From assembly GCA_963666835.2 (NCBI GenBank), contig CAXXGO010000001.1:1408001-1472000 (forward strand): a DNA stretch of 64,000 nt, given 5' to 3'. Shown piece after piece: positions 28,263-38,340 of this stretch (its first letter is position 1; every line of letters begins with the position of its first letter). The notes beneath the pieces were generated by a model. That model ran no database searches, was not told where the DNA came from, and was given only the letters and a program-made list of their open reading frames with translations. This stretch comes from Phycisphaerae bacterium. Its GTDB lineage: Bacteria > Planctomycetota > Phycisphaerae > UBA1845. The translations under genes were made by a program, and so were the position numbers.

Positions 28263-30203
28263 CTAACGACGGGACGGCACTTTCGACGCCGCAGAGGCGA
28301 TTCGCTGCGGTTCCGGTCGATCCTCGCCTTCGACCAGCCGGAGGATCGTGGATGCAATGCTGGTGGCATCGATGCCGCATTCCGCCATCTGAAACGGGCG
28401 CGAACCGTGGGAGACGAACCGATCCCCCGGCATTCCCATCCGGACCATGCGCTTGACCGTCAACTTCATCTCCTGAGCGGTTTCCAGAACGGCGGAACCG
28501 AATCCGCCGGCTACCGAATGGTCTTCGATGGTTATCACCGGATTACCCGATTCGAACGCAGTGGCGATCATCTCCCGGTCGATCGGCTTGGCGAAGCGGG
28601 CCGCGACCACCGCAACGTCGATCCCACTTTCGGTCAACATCTCGGCTGCCGTCAGCGCCGTGGCGGCCGTGACCCCATAAGTCAGGATTGTGGCAGCATC
28701 ACCGTCGCGCAGCCTGCGCGACTTGCCCAGCTCGAACGGCGGGCAGTCCGGGATGGGCGCCGGGACCGTATCGCGCGGATAACGGATGGCGCACGGCTCG
28801 CTCAGGGTGAATCCCAAGCGCATGGCCTCGCGCAATTCAACTTCATCGGCCGGCGCCATAAGCACCATGCCCGGCAGGCCGCGTAGGAATGCGATGTCCA
28901 GGAATCCGTGGTGGACTGCTCCGTCTCCGCCTACCAAACCGGCGCGGTCGAGGCAGAACATCACCGGTAGTCTCTGAAGAGAGGCTTCCTGGAAGATCTG
29001 GTCGAAGGCCCGTTGCAGGAATGTGGAGTAAATTGCGACGACCGGACGCAGACCGGCCTTGCACATGCCGGCCGCCATATCGACCGTGCAGCTTTCGGCT
29101 ATGCCGGCATCGCGGCACCTGCCGGGGAAGCGCTTCGCGAATTGGTCCAGTCCGGTACCGTCGGGCATCGCCGCCGTTAACGCGCAGATGCGTTCGTCTT
29201 CCTCGGCCAGCTCGCAGAGCGACTCCACGAAGGCGCTCGTCCAGCTCTTTCCCTTGCCCCGCTTGAGCGTGACCTTGCCGCTTTCAACCACGAACGGTTT
29301 GGGGCTGTGGTACTTGCCCGGCTCTGCCGTCGCCCAGTCACAGCCGTTCCCCTTTACCGTATGCACGTGCAGCAGGACCGGGTGATGGGCCTTCTTGACC
29401 AGTTCCAGCGCCTCGATGAGCTGCCGGATGTTGTGCCCGTCGACCGGCCCGATGTACTGCAACCCCATCGCCTCAAACACCTGCCCCGGCGAAAACGTGG
29501 CCTTGATTCCCTCCTTCAGGTGGGCAATCAAGTCGAAGGCCGGCTTGCCCAACAGCGGCAATCGCGGCAGGACCTTCTTGGTCTGCTCTTTGACCTCTTC
29601 GTAAAAGTCGCTCGCCCGGAACTTGGCCAAGTACTCGGCGATCGCCCCCTGCGTGGGAGAAATACCCCACTCGTTATCGTTGAGGACCACCAGGAACTGT
29701 CGTTTCAGAGTGCCCGCCTGGTTCAATCCCTCGAATGACACGCCGTTGACGATGCTGGCGTCTCCGACCAGTGCCACGGTGCAGCAATCTCGCCCGAGCA
29801 TTTGATCCGCGCTGGCCATCCCCACGGCCGTGGCAATGGCGGTGCCCGCGTGACCGACGTTGAACAGGTCGAAGCCGCTCTCGGCGGTGTCGGGGAACCC
29901 GCTCACGCCGCCCGACTGGCGAAGCGTCTCAAAGTGGCGATTGCGACCGGTCAGCAGCTTGTGCGGGTAGCACTGGTGCCCCACATCCCAGAGAAGGCGG
30001 TCCTTCCGGAAATCGAAGACCCGGTGCAGGGCGATGGTCAACTCCGTTATGCCCAAATTGCTGGTCAAATGCCCGCCGTTGTGCCCGACGACATCGAGGA
30101 TGCGTTGGCGAATCTCCTCGGCCAGCAGCGGAAGCCGGTCGATCGGCAGCTTTCGAAGATCCGTTGGGGATTCGATCTGATCCAGAATGGCCATCAACAG
30201 CAC
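28263..30203 (-). CDS. dxs: 1-deoxy-D-xylulose-5-phosphate synthase
   Basis: GGHLTSNLG, WDVGHQCYPHKLLTGR, LNDN, YIGPVDGH, IYSTFLQRAFDQ, DRAGLVGGDGAVHHG. Confidence 0.97.
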   Translation of the reverse strand: MLLMAILDQIESPTDLRKLPIDRLPLLAEEIRQRILDVVGHNGGHLTSNLGITELTIALHRVFDFRKDRLLWDVGHQCYPHKLLTGRNRHFETLRQSGGVSGFPDTAESGFDLFNVGHAGTAIATAVGMASADQMLGRDCCTVALVGDASIVNGVSFEGLNQAGTLKRQFLVVLNDNEWGISPTQGAIAEYLAKFRASDFYEEVKEQTKKVLPRLPLLGKPAFDLIAHLKEGIKATFSPGQVFEAMGLQYIGPVDGHNIRQLIEALELVKKAHHPVLLHVHTVKGNGCDWATAEPGKYHSPKPFVVESGKVTLKRGKGKSWTSAFVESLCELAEEDERICALTAAMPDGTGLDQFAKRFPGRCRDAGIAESCTVDMAAGMCKAGLRPVVAIYSTFLQRAFDQIFQEASLQRLPVMFCLDRAGLVGGDGAVHHGFLDIAFLRGLPGMVLMAPADEVELREAMRLGFTLSEPCAIRYPRDTVPAPIPDCPPFELGKSRRLRDGDAATILTYGVTAATALTAAEMLTESGIDVAVVAARFAKPIDREMIATAFESGNPVITIEDHSVAGGFGSAVLETAQEMKLTVKRMVRMGMPGDRFVSHGSRPFQMAECGIDATSIASTILRLVEGEDRPEPQRIASAASKVPSRR

Positions 30204-30277
30204 TTTCTTTGCGACTCGAGCTCAACTGCCAGCGGGGGATTCTACCACGTCATGAGCGCTTCGATGTTTAGGAAATT

Positions 30278-31207
30278 TCAATAATGTCGAGAAACAACGT
30301 ATTCTGCCAGCTCACGAAGATCGTTCGCTTCAACTCCTAGACGTTCCAATGCGGCTATTGCCGCTTCGGAGGCCTGATTGGCTGCGGCCCGACTCTCTTC
30401 ACATCCTACGCATCGAGGATAGGTTTGTTTATTGGATTCTGCGTCCTTACACACGTTCTTACCCAGCACATCCGGTGTCGAGGTCAGGTCCAATAAATCA
30501 TCGGCAATCTGGAAGGCCCGCCCCAGGGCTTGTCCGAAGTCCGATACGCATGACAATGTCTTAGAATCAGCACAGCCCGCCAGGGCTCCCAGACGGCACG
30601 CGGAGCGAAACAGGCTGGCCGTCTTCCGTTCATGGATGTATTTCGCCAGTTCCACACTCGCCGGCCGCGACTCCCCGGTGACATCCGCGGTTTGGCCGCC
30701 GATCATCCCCGCCCAACCCGCTCCGCTCGCCAGCTCCAGCACGAGATCGGCCGCCAGAGCCCGATCGGGCGTGTGGCGGGTGAGCAACTCGAACGCCAAC
30801 GTCACCAACGCATCTCCGGCGAGGATTGCCACCGCTTCGCCGAAGACCTTATGGCATGTTGGTCGTCCGCGGCGGAGGTCGTCATCATCCATCGCCGGCA
30901 GATCGTCGTGGATCAGACTGAAGGCATGTACGCATTCTATGGCCGCCGCCGCCGGCAAGGCCTTGTTCCGGTCACCACCTGCCAGCTCGCAACAGCGCGT
31001 AACCAGATAAGGCCGCAGACGCTTCCCTGGAGCCAGCGCACAATGACGCATCGCATCTACCAACTCCTGCGGCACATCACCGGTCGGAGTGAGAAACGGT
31101 TCGAACTGGCGGTCAAACCGGGCCGCGAAGTCCGTAAGTCGGTCCAGAATGCGGGCACCGGATTCACTCCCGCGTCCGCTGAGGTTTTTCGTGTCGGAGT
31201 CGTTCAT
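30278..31207 (-). CDS. ispA: Polyprenyl (farnesyl/geranylgeranyl) diphosphate synthase
   Basis: GKRLRP, SLIHDDLPAMDDDDLRRGRPT, KTA, FQIADDLLD; likely ATG 31207. Confidence 0.92.
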   Translation of the reverse strand: MNDSDTKNLSGRGSESGARILDRLTDFAARFDRQFEPFLTPTGDVPQELVDAMRHCALAPGKRLRPYLVTRCCELAGGDRNKALPAAAAIECVHAFSLIHDDLPAMDDDDLRRGRPTCHKVFGEAVAILAGDALVTLAFELLTRHTPDRALAADLVLELASGAGWAGMIGGQTADVTGESRPASVELAKYIHERKTASLFRSACRLGALAGCADSKTLSCVSDFGQALGRAFQIADDLLDLTSTPDVLGKNVCKDAESNKQTYPRCVGCEESRAAANQASEAAIAALERLGVEANDLRELAEYVVSRHY

Positions 31208-31337
31208 TGCCGGAACCTGCATGGAAAACCGAGGAATCTGACGTTTCATCCAAGTTCGCTGGGAGTATACCGGTCGGTTACGCGCTGAACAGGCCACGCC
31301 CGGATCTGAGGGCCTACGATTGTCGAAGCACGTCGGG

Positions 31338-33302
31338 CTACTTGATCCAGTCGGAGGCCGGAGGCGGGGTGTTGGGGCTTGCGCGCTCTCGGTCTGTGAT
31401 GAAGAACGGTTTGTTCGCCCAACTGATCGGAGTCGGCCAGACGACGCGACCGGCGCGCTCTACAACGCCCTCTCCGGTTTCAATCTCATCGGTTATGGGT
31501 CGGCCCTTCGCCGCGAGCAATGGCGGGTTCAAGTCGGTCGGGTACAGCAGGATTGCTGCTTCGCTCCAGTCGTCCTCGGTGAACTCGGCCGATGACGAGA
31601 AGAGCCTCATATCGATGGAGGCGAAGTCCATCGGTGGGCAGCAGTAAGGGGCCGGCTCACCCAATACGCCGACCCGCGTTGTCGGGTGAGCGGATGGGAT
31701 GCCTTCGGCCGTTAATCCGCCCGAGATTGCGGGAGATGCCCCGAGTCCGTCTGACGGCCGCTCGTTCCCACCCAACAACTGGGCGGGTATGGTGTTGCCC
31801 CGAAAGACCCTCGCCAACTCGGCGCGAGTTCCGCGCGACGTTGCGTCCAAGTGGAAGTTCCAGACGTACGGGGCGCCGAAACACGCCGTTGATATCACTA
31901 CCCACACCGCGGGGGTCGCCCGCAGGGCCGGCGCGAGTTTCGTGCCCCAGCCGGCCAGCACGCATGCTGCTCCGATCGCGAGAGCGGCGTCCGGGAAGAC
32001 TCCGAAACGGCCATACTCGGCGGGCTTGCCCGCGCCGATCAGAACGAACTGTAGAAAGAACAGAAGAGCGGATACGGTTAGGGGGGCTGCGGTCGTTTTC
32101 TTCTTCGCCAACGCGATACCCAATCCCAGCAAGCCGAGCAGGACGATGGGCAGGGTGGCCCCCTCGATGCATAGCTCGGCTACCCGGACCAGGCCCTCGC
32201 CGAGCCGATCGACGCGGTACATTGCCAGCGAATTCCCGAAGTTGCTACTGAGAACCTCTCGGTTGGATATGGCGTTGATGACGATGTAGGGGTTCGTGGC
32301 CAGATACGTGCCGATTCCGATAGCGGTACCTCCCGCAACCCGCAACAACACCGCCCCCCACTTGAAGCTTTGTCCCCGGCGGGTGTCGGGTTCCGGATCG
32401 ACGGGTCCCCCGCCCGGATTCTCTCTTCTCCCTTGCCTGAGCAAGGCCCCCAGCGGGATTAGGATGAAGATCGGCCATGAAGACAGGACCGTGCCGAACG
32501 ACGCTCCACAGCACAGGCACATGCCCCGCCAACTGCACCTAGTACCGCTCGACACGAAACGCATCGCAACGTACACGGCCAGAAGCATCAAGGCTGCCCC
32601 GGGTAGGTGCGGCTTGGCTTCGTGGGACATGGAGATCACCACGGGCAGCAGGGTGAACAGCAGCGCGGCCAGCACTCCGGCTGCGGGCCCCGCCAGCCTT
32701 CTTCCGATGGCGAAGACCGTGATCGTGCCGACCAATCCCCACAAGGCGGCGTACGCCCGGGCCGCGACGTAAAACTTGGCGAAATCGTCCGGATGGTCGA
32801 GGTAGTAGACGACGTTACTTCTGACGTCGATCAATCCGAGAACGTCACAGAGCCCGATCAAAGCACCCACCGGATAGATGAACAACCCGCCGTACTGGTA
32901 GAGCCGGGGGTCGAGGTCCAGTTGGGCCGGGTTCATGCCGGCCAGGGCCATCATGGTGATCATCTCGTCAGGTTGATGCGTGAACAGCCGGTAGCGCAGA
33001 TATATGCGGGCGAGGTCAGCTTCTGTGGCGGTCAGCGGGACGGCGGCATCGGGCGGGCGCGCCAGCGGGTCTGCGTCGACGTCAGCTCCTCGCACGCGAG
33101 AGAACTTGTCGGTCGCCCCGGCCAGGCGGTGGATTTTCTCTCCCGTCCAAGGCGGTCTCCCGCCGAAAAGAGACTCGTCAATCGCCCGGCTGGGCAGGCC
33201 CCAGGCCATGCCCAGAGCTGATAGTGTTGTGAAGAGCAGGAGGATTCCCCCCAGGGCGACGTGCTCAATGCGAACCGGCGATTTCGGCGTCTCGTCCGTC
33301 AT
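31338..33302 (-). CDS. Multi-TM glycosyltransferase family 39-like (ArnT/PMT-type) membrane protein
   Basis: HQPDE motif after an N-terminal loop, many TM segments, LAAxLFxLLP..SHEAKP; likely ATG 33302. Confidence 0.7.
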   Translation of the reverse strand: MTDETPKSPVRIEHVALGGILLLFTTLSALGMAWGLPSRAIDESLFGGRPPWTGEKIHRLAGATDKFSRVRGADVDADPLARPPDAAVPLTATEADLARIYLRYRLFTHQPDEMITMMALAGMNPAQLDLDPRLYQYGGLFIYPVGALIGLCDVLGLIDVRSNVVYYLDHPDDFAKFYVAARAYAALWGLVGTITVFAIGRRLAGPAAGVLAALLFTLLPVVISMSHEAKPHLPGAALMLLAVYVAMRFVSSGTRCSWRGMCLCCGASFGTVLSSWPIFILIPLGALLRQGRRENPGGGPVDPEPDTRRGQSFKWGAVLLRVAGGTAIGIGTYLATNPYIVINAISNREVLSSNFGNSLAMYRVDRLGEGLVRVAELCIEGATLPIVLLGLLGLGIALAKKKTTAAPLTVSALLFFLQFVLIGAGKPAEYGRFGVFPDAALAIGAACVLAGWGTKLAPALRATPAVWVVISTACFGAPYVWNFHLDATSRGTRAELARVFRGNTIPAQLLGGNERPSDGLGASPAISGGLTAEGIPSAHPTTRVGVLGEPAPYCCPPMDFASIDMRLFSSSAEFTEDDWSEAAILLYPTDLNPPLLAAKGRPITDEIETGEGVVERAGRVVWPTPISWANKPFFITDRERASPNTPPPASDWIK

Positions 33303-33761
33303 GGCTTTGTTGCGCGATCGAGCCGGGAGCGGCTGGTCCCGCAGAGTATTGGGTACGTGTAAGCGGTCGATGGTGGGTGTGTCAAACGGGAGAGCGGTCG
33401 CCGGCGTCAGCCGGCTCGAGTAGTTTGTGGGGAAGATCAACGCGATCGAGTTGTTTGGACCGGTTCTTGCCAGGAAATCTTGGATGTCGACCGGCCGTTA
33501 TTCCATGCGTTTAAGGGCTCGCTCGATGGTGGAGATTGCCCGGCGAACGGGATCCTCATGGTCGTGGGTCTTGGTCCGAGGGGCGAGTGTTTCGGGGTGA
33601 CGCGGGAGATCATCACCGGTCATGTGCGGTTCCGCCGAAGGGCCGAGTATTGGCGACCGAGGGGCAAGGTCGGTGGTTCCCCGTCGGCTCGTCCGAGGAC
33701 GCGTGGTTGCGTTGGATCGGGTTTCCACATACCTCCGTTCTAATAGACAGGACATGTTCAG

Positions 33762-34229
33762 ATGAGTCTTCGCGAGAATCTCCCCCGGGATGCTGTTGCG
33801 GAGTTGCGTACGCACGAGCCGATCACCATCGGTTCCGACGCGGCGGTGGGGGACGCTGTCGAGTTGATGAAGAAGAATAACTCCGGATGCTTGTTCGTGA
33901 CCCAGCACGGTTGCGCGATGGGCGTATTCACGGAGCGCGATGTGTTGACGAAGGTCATTGCCGGTGACCTTCCTTTGACGACGCCGATCGTTGACGTGAT
34001 GACGCCTAATCCACGGGTGGTACACGAGGGCGACTCCGTAGCGGATGTGATCCGCGAGATGCACGGCGGGGGTTTTCGGCACATGCCCGTGGTCGACGGC
34101 GACGGATGTCTCAAGAGCGTAATCTCGGTTAAGCGGGTGGTCAGATATTTGGTTGAGCACTTTCCTTCGGCGGTGTTCACTCTGCCCCCGGAGTCGGGAC
34201 AGGAACCACTTACTCGCGAGGGAGCCTAA
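33762..34229 (+). CDS. CBS domain pair protein
   Basis: GVFTERDVLTKV, VMTPNP, GFRHMPVVD. Confidence 0.9.
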   Translation: MSLRENLPRDAVAELRTHEPITIGSDAAVGDAVELMKKNNSGCLFVTQHGCAMGVFTERDVLTKVIAGDLPLTTPIVDVMTPNPRVVHEGDSVADVIREMHGGGFRHMPVVDGDGCLKSVISVKRVVRYLVEHFPSAVFTLPPESGQEPLTREGA

Positions 34230-34277
34230 GGTGCCGGTACGTGCGGTGTCTCTCTGTTTGAGTTTCATTGAGGAGCG

Positions 34278-36161
34278 TTGGTAGTCATGGTCGTTTCGAC
34301 CCAGCCTGACCAATCCGGAAAAGGGGCCCAGCAGGTCATTGAAGTTGAGGAGATTGCGGTTCGCTTCTGCGGCGACTCCGGTGATGGAATGCAATTAGCC
34401 GGTACCCAGATGACCAATACCTCTGCAGTCTTCGGCAACGATGTCAGCACGTTTCCCGATTATCCATCGGAGATTCGTGCTCCGCTCGGTACGCTGGCCG
34501 GGGTTAGTGGCTTTCAATTGAACTTCGGATCGCACCGCTTGCGCACGCCGGGAGATCAGGTTAATGCCCTGATCGCGATGAACCCGGCTGCTCTGCGGGC
34601 GAATGTTGCCGATCTGGAACATGGCGGCGTGCTCATCGTCAACTCGGATGCGTTTACGCAGACCAATCTGGACAAAGCCGGGTATACCGAGAACCCCCTG
34701 GACGGCGATGGCCTGAACGCCTTCAAGCTCTACAAGGTTCCCGTTGATACGCTGAACGCAGAGGCTTGTGCGGGGTCGGGGCTGAGCGGTCGGGCGGTCG
34801 CCCGGTGCAAGAACTTCTTCGCCCTGGGGCTGTCTTATTGGCTTTACGGTCGCCCGATGGATCCGACGCTGAACTGGATCGAAGGAAAGTTCGGAACCAA
34901 GCCCGCTGTTGCGGATACGAACGCGAAAGCTCTCAAGGCCGGGTACTACTACGGTGAGACCGCCGAGATCTTCACGCATCGCTATGTCGTTGCTCCGGCG
35001 AAGATCGCGCCGGGCAAGTACCGCAAAGTAAGCGGTAACGAGGCGACGGCCCTTGGGTTGATTGCTGCGGCCCGCCTGGCGAAAAAGACCTTGTTCTACG
35101 GCACTTATCCGATTACGCCGGCGAGCGACATCCTGCACGATCTCTCGCGGCACAAGAACTACGATGTGCGAACCTTCCAGGCGGAGGACGAGATTGCGGC
35201 AATGACTTCGGTGGTTGGCGCGGCCTTCGCCGGGGCTTTTGCGGCTACCGGTACGAGTGGGCCGGGCTTGGCGCTTAAGAGCGAGGCGATCGGTTTGGCG
35301 GTTATGACCGAATTGCCCATGGTTATCGTCAACGTGCAGCGAGGCGGTCCGAGCACGGGGATGCCGACCAAGACGGAGCAATCTGACTTGCTGCAGTCGC
35401 TCTGTGGGCGACACGGCGAGGCGCCCTTGTGCATCCTGGCGGCTGCCACACCGGCAGACTGCTTTGCGATGAGCATTGAGGCGTTTCGGATTGCGGTTGA
35501 GTTCATGACGCCTGTGATTCTGCTGACCGATGGTTATCTGGCCAACGGTGCGGAACCCTGGCGGATTCCGGATGTCGCTTCTTTGCCGAAATTCGACATC
35601 AAGCACCCGACAACCGGCGATGACTTCAAGCCGTATCTGCGTAACGAGAAGTTGGCTCGCCAATGGGTCTTACCGGGCACAAAGGGTCTTGAGCATCGTG
35701 TCGGCGGGCTGGAGAAGCGCGACGTTACCGGTGAGGTTTGCTACGAGCCGGAGAACCACCACCGAATGGTGGAGCTTCGACAGCAGAAGATCGCCGGCAT
35801 TGCCGACACGCTTCCGCCCTTGGAAGTACTTGGGGACGAGAGCGGCAAACTGCTGGTAGTCGGCTGGGGGAGTACGTACGGGGCCATCACCACTGCCGTA
35901 GAACGATGTCGCAAGAAGGGCCTACCGGTTTCCAGTGTCCATCTTCGGTACATTGACCCGCTGCAGAAGGAACTGGGCGGTATTCTCGAGCGATACGAGC
36001 AGGTCTTGGTTCCGGAGATGAACCGCGGACAGCTTGTGTCTGTGCTGCGGAATCACTTTCTCCGCGACGTGACCGGGTTCTACAAAGTGCAGGGCAAGCC
36101 CTTCTTGATCAAAGAGATCGAGGCCAAGATCGAGGAAATGTTGAACGGAAAGGAATCATGA
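34278..36161 (+). CDS. korA: 2-oxoacid:ferredoxin oxidoreductase alpha subunit (gamma-alpha fusion)
   Basis: GDSGDGMQLAG, YPITPAS, QAEDEIAA, TSGPG, QRGGPSTGMPTKTEQ, PEMNRGQL. Confidence 0.93.
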   Translation: MVVMVVSTQPDQSGKGAQQVIEVEEIAVRFCGDSGDGMQLAGTQMTNTSAVFGNDVSTFPDYPSEIRAPLGTLAGVSGFQLNFGSHRLRTPGDQVNALIAMNPAALRANVADLEHGGVLIVNSDAFTQTNLDKAGYTENPLDGDGLNAFKLYKVPVDTLNAEACAGSGLSGRAVARCKNFFALGLSYWLYGRPMDPTLNWIEGKFGTKPAVADTNAKALKAGYYYGETAEIFTHRYVVAPAKIAPGKYRKVSGNEATALGLIAAARLAKKTLFYGTYPITPASDILHDLSRHKNYDVRTFQAEDEIAAMTSVVGAAFAGAFAATGTSGPGLALKSEAIGLAVMTELPMVIVNVQRGGPSTGMPTKTEQSDLLQSLCGRHGEAPLCILAAATPADCFAMSIEAFRIAVEFMTPVILLTDGYLANGAEPWRIPDVASLPKFDIKHPTTGDDFKPYLRNEKLARQWVLPGTKGLEHRVGGLEKRDVTGEVCYEPENHHRMVELRQQKIAGIADTLPPLEVLGDESGKLLVVGWGSTYGAITTAVERCRKKGLPVSSVHLRYIDPLQKELGGILERYEQVLVPEMNRGQLVSVLRNHFLRDVTGFYKVQGKPFLIKEIEAKIEEMLNGKES

Positions 36162-37180
36162 CTACCGATGCCGCACAGGCCAAGCTGACTCCCAGGGACT
36201 TCGCCAGCACGCAAGATGTTCGATGGTGTCCCGGCTGTGGTGATTACTCGATTCTCGCGCAGACCAAAAAGGTCCTGGCGAACGTTGGGATCCCACGGGA
36301 GAAGGTCGTATTCGTTTCCGGCATCGGGTGTTCCAGCCGGTTTCCCTACTATGTGAGCACGTACGGCTTCCATGGTGTCCATGGCCGGGCTCTGAGTACT
36401 GCCACAGGGATCAGGGTGAGCCGCCCGGATCTGTCCGTGTGGGTCACGACCGGTGACGGAGACGCCCTCAGTATCGGTGGTAATCATCTGATCCATGCGA
36501 TCCGCCGGAACGTGGATATCAACGTGCTTCTGTTCAACAACCGGATCTACGGCTTGACGAAGGGGCAATACTCTCCGACGTCTCCGCCGGGCAAACGCAC
36601 GAAGTCGACTCCGCAGGGAGTCATCGACTTCCCCCTCCACCCACTGTCAGTTGCGATCGGGGCGGAGGCGACGTTTGTGGCTCGCGCCGTTGACGTGAAT
36701 GTCAAGCATCTGGCCCACGTGCTGGAACGGGCGGCGCGGCATAAGGGTACTTCTTTTGTGGAGATCTATCAGAACTGTGCGATCTTCAATGAAGGGGCCT
36801 TCGAGTACGCGACCGGTAAGGACACGAAGGAGGATACTACGCTCTACCTGGAGCACAATCACCCGCTCATCTTCGGCAAGCATCGCAACAAGGGTATCCG
36901 GCTGGCCGGTATGGACCCCGAGGTCGTGACTCTGGAGGGGGACGTGGCCGAAGACGACCTGCTGTTTCATGATGAGACTCAGGCAGAACCCAGCCTCGCC
37001 TACCTGCTGAGCAGGATGCACTACCCGGAGTTTCCCGAGCCCATGGGGGTCTTCAGGTGCGTGGAAAGACCAACCTACGAAGATCTGCTGATGGAACAGA
37101 TCAACGGGGCCGTTGAGAAGCAAGGCGAAGGGGATCTGAAGGACCTGTTCGAGGCCGGTGACACGTGGGTCGTTGAGTAG
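36158..37180 (+). CDS. korB: 2-oxoacid:ferredoxin oxidoreductase beta subunit
   Basis: WCPGCGD, SGIGCSSR, GDGDALSIGGNH (TPP binding), NNRIYGLTKGQYSPT; ATGA overlap with the alpha subunit. Confidence 0.95.
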   Translation: MTTDAAQAKLTPRDFASTQDVRWCPGCGDYSILAQTKKVLANVGIPREKVVFVSGIGCSSRFPYYVSTYGFHGVHGRALSTATGIRVSRPDLSVWVTTGDGDALSIGGNHLIHAIRRNVDINVLLFNNRIYGLTKGQYSPTSPPGKRTKSTPQGVIDFPLHPLSVAIGAEATFVARAVDVNVKHLAHVLERAARHKGTSFVEIYQNCAIFNEGAFEYATGKDTKEDTTLYLEHNHPLIFGKHRNKGIRLAGMDPEVVTLEGDVAEDDLLFHDETQAEPSLAYLLSRMHYPEFPEPMGVFRCVERPTYEDLLMEQINGAVEKQGEGDLKDLFEAGDTWVVE

Positions 37181-37275
37181 AAGGCCGGCTCAGCGGCGGG
37201 GTAGTCGCACGCGCGACTGTGGCCCGTCTCTTGGGCGGCAGAACGTCCTGGGAAATAGACTGTGTGGGTAACGGC

Positions 37276-37815
37276 ATGATTTGTCCCTTCTGTGATTTTG
37301 AGAATATCGAAGGCGTGGATCAGTGCGAGCGGTGTCAGGCTGATCTGGCCCACCTGCAAGGCGGAGAGAACCTCTGCTATATTGAGCACGATCTTCTGCA
37401 TCGTCCCCTGGGCGAGCTGGCGGTCCGCGATTACCTGGAAGTCACGCCTGAAACGTCCGTGGCGGATACCGTCCGGCGAATGAACGAGGGCGGCCATCAT
37501 TGTGCGCTGATCGTGTCAGACAAGCGGCTGGCCGGGATCTTCACCGAGCGGGATGTCCTTATTAAGCTGGCCGGGTGTGGCGAGCTGCCCTCGGACCGGC
37601 CAATCAGTGATCTGATGGTCGAGCAGCCGACCACGCTTTCCAGGACTGATACGGTGGCTCTCGCCCTGAACCGGATGATGGTTCGCGGTTACCGCCATAT
37701 TCCGGTGGTGGACGGCGATGGCAATCTGGCAGGAGTGGTGAGCGTACGGGACATCCTTCGGTATCTGGTCGAGAGGCACGGCCGGGATCTGAACGTCGCA
37801 AGCGCCGGCTCCTGA
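37276..37815 (+). CDS. Zinc-ribbon plus CBS domain pair protein
   Basis: MICPFCDFENIEGVDQCERC then GIFTERD and GYRHIPVVD; likely ATG 37276. Confidence 0.88.
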   Translation: MICPFCDFENIEGVDQCERCQADLAHLQGGENLCYIEHDLLHRPLGELAVRDYLEVTPETSVADTVRRMNEGGHHCALIVSDKRLAGIFTERDVLIKLAGCGELPSDRPISDLMVEQPTTLSRTDTVALALNRMMVRGYRHIPVVDGDGNLAGVVSVRDILRYLVERHGRDLNVASAGS

Positions 37816-37935
37816 TAGGATCCGGTTTTGGCGAGAATCGCAGGCCCTTCGCTGAATCTGGGATCTTCCGCTAAGAAGCCTCGCGGGCTGGTGTGGGAAT
37901 CGCGCAAGTTTGCGGTATGCGCAAACAAAAACCAC

Positions 37936-37980
37936 TTCAAAACAGCCCGGAGCCGACTCGCGTACTCCGGGCGGTTTGAA
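37936..37980 (-). terminator. Intrinsic terminator-like hairpin
   Basis: Minus strand gcccggag-loop-ctccgggc followed by tgttttg...ttttt, just downstream of the 38007 stop. Confidence 0.55.
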
Positions 37981-38006
37981 CGTCCGATATCGATGCCGGT
38001 GCCGGC

Positions 38007-38177
38007 CTACTCGGACGGTTCCTCGGTCTTGTTCAGTTTCCGCCGCTTCGCGTGCAGTTCCTTGATCCCCGCGGCGGCTTTCTCCCAAAGCTTGTAAGCC
38101 TCCTCGCGTTCGCCCCGCTTGTATGCGAGGGCGGCGTTGATCTTCTGACGGCGAAACGTCTTGTTTGGTCTGGGCAT
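38007..38177 (-). CDS. Small basic helical protein (56 aa)
   Basis: AAGAGGA RBS; MPRPNKTFRRQKINAALAYKRGEREEAYKLWEKAAAGIKELHAKRRK...; TGgTATTAT upstream and a terminator downstream. Confidence 0.7.
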   Translation of the reverse strand: MPRPNKTFRRQKINAALAYKRGEREEAYKLWEKAAAGIKELHAKRRKLNKTEEPSE

Positions 38178-38340
38178 CCTGGTCCTCTTATCGATCGAAA
38201 AACCCACCGCGACCGCCACGTGGTCGCAAGAGCCCCGTATAATACCAAGCTGCCCGGGAAACGCCAGAGGGTGCCGGCAGTTCTTTGGCGGCCGGACTCG
38301 GCGGAGCTCGGCAATCACTCAGCAGGGTCGCAACGGGCGA

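Noticed and set aside
37859..37980. Possible tRNA-Sec (selC) near selA, suggested by gatcttccgc and a cttcaaa anticodon-like loop
   Set aside because: The pieces are in the wrong order and do not form a cloverleaf; cttcaaa is part of a terminator-like hairpin.
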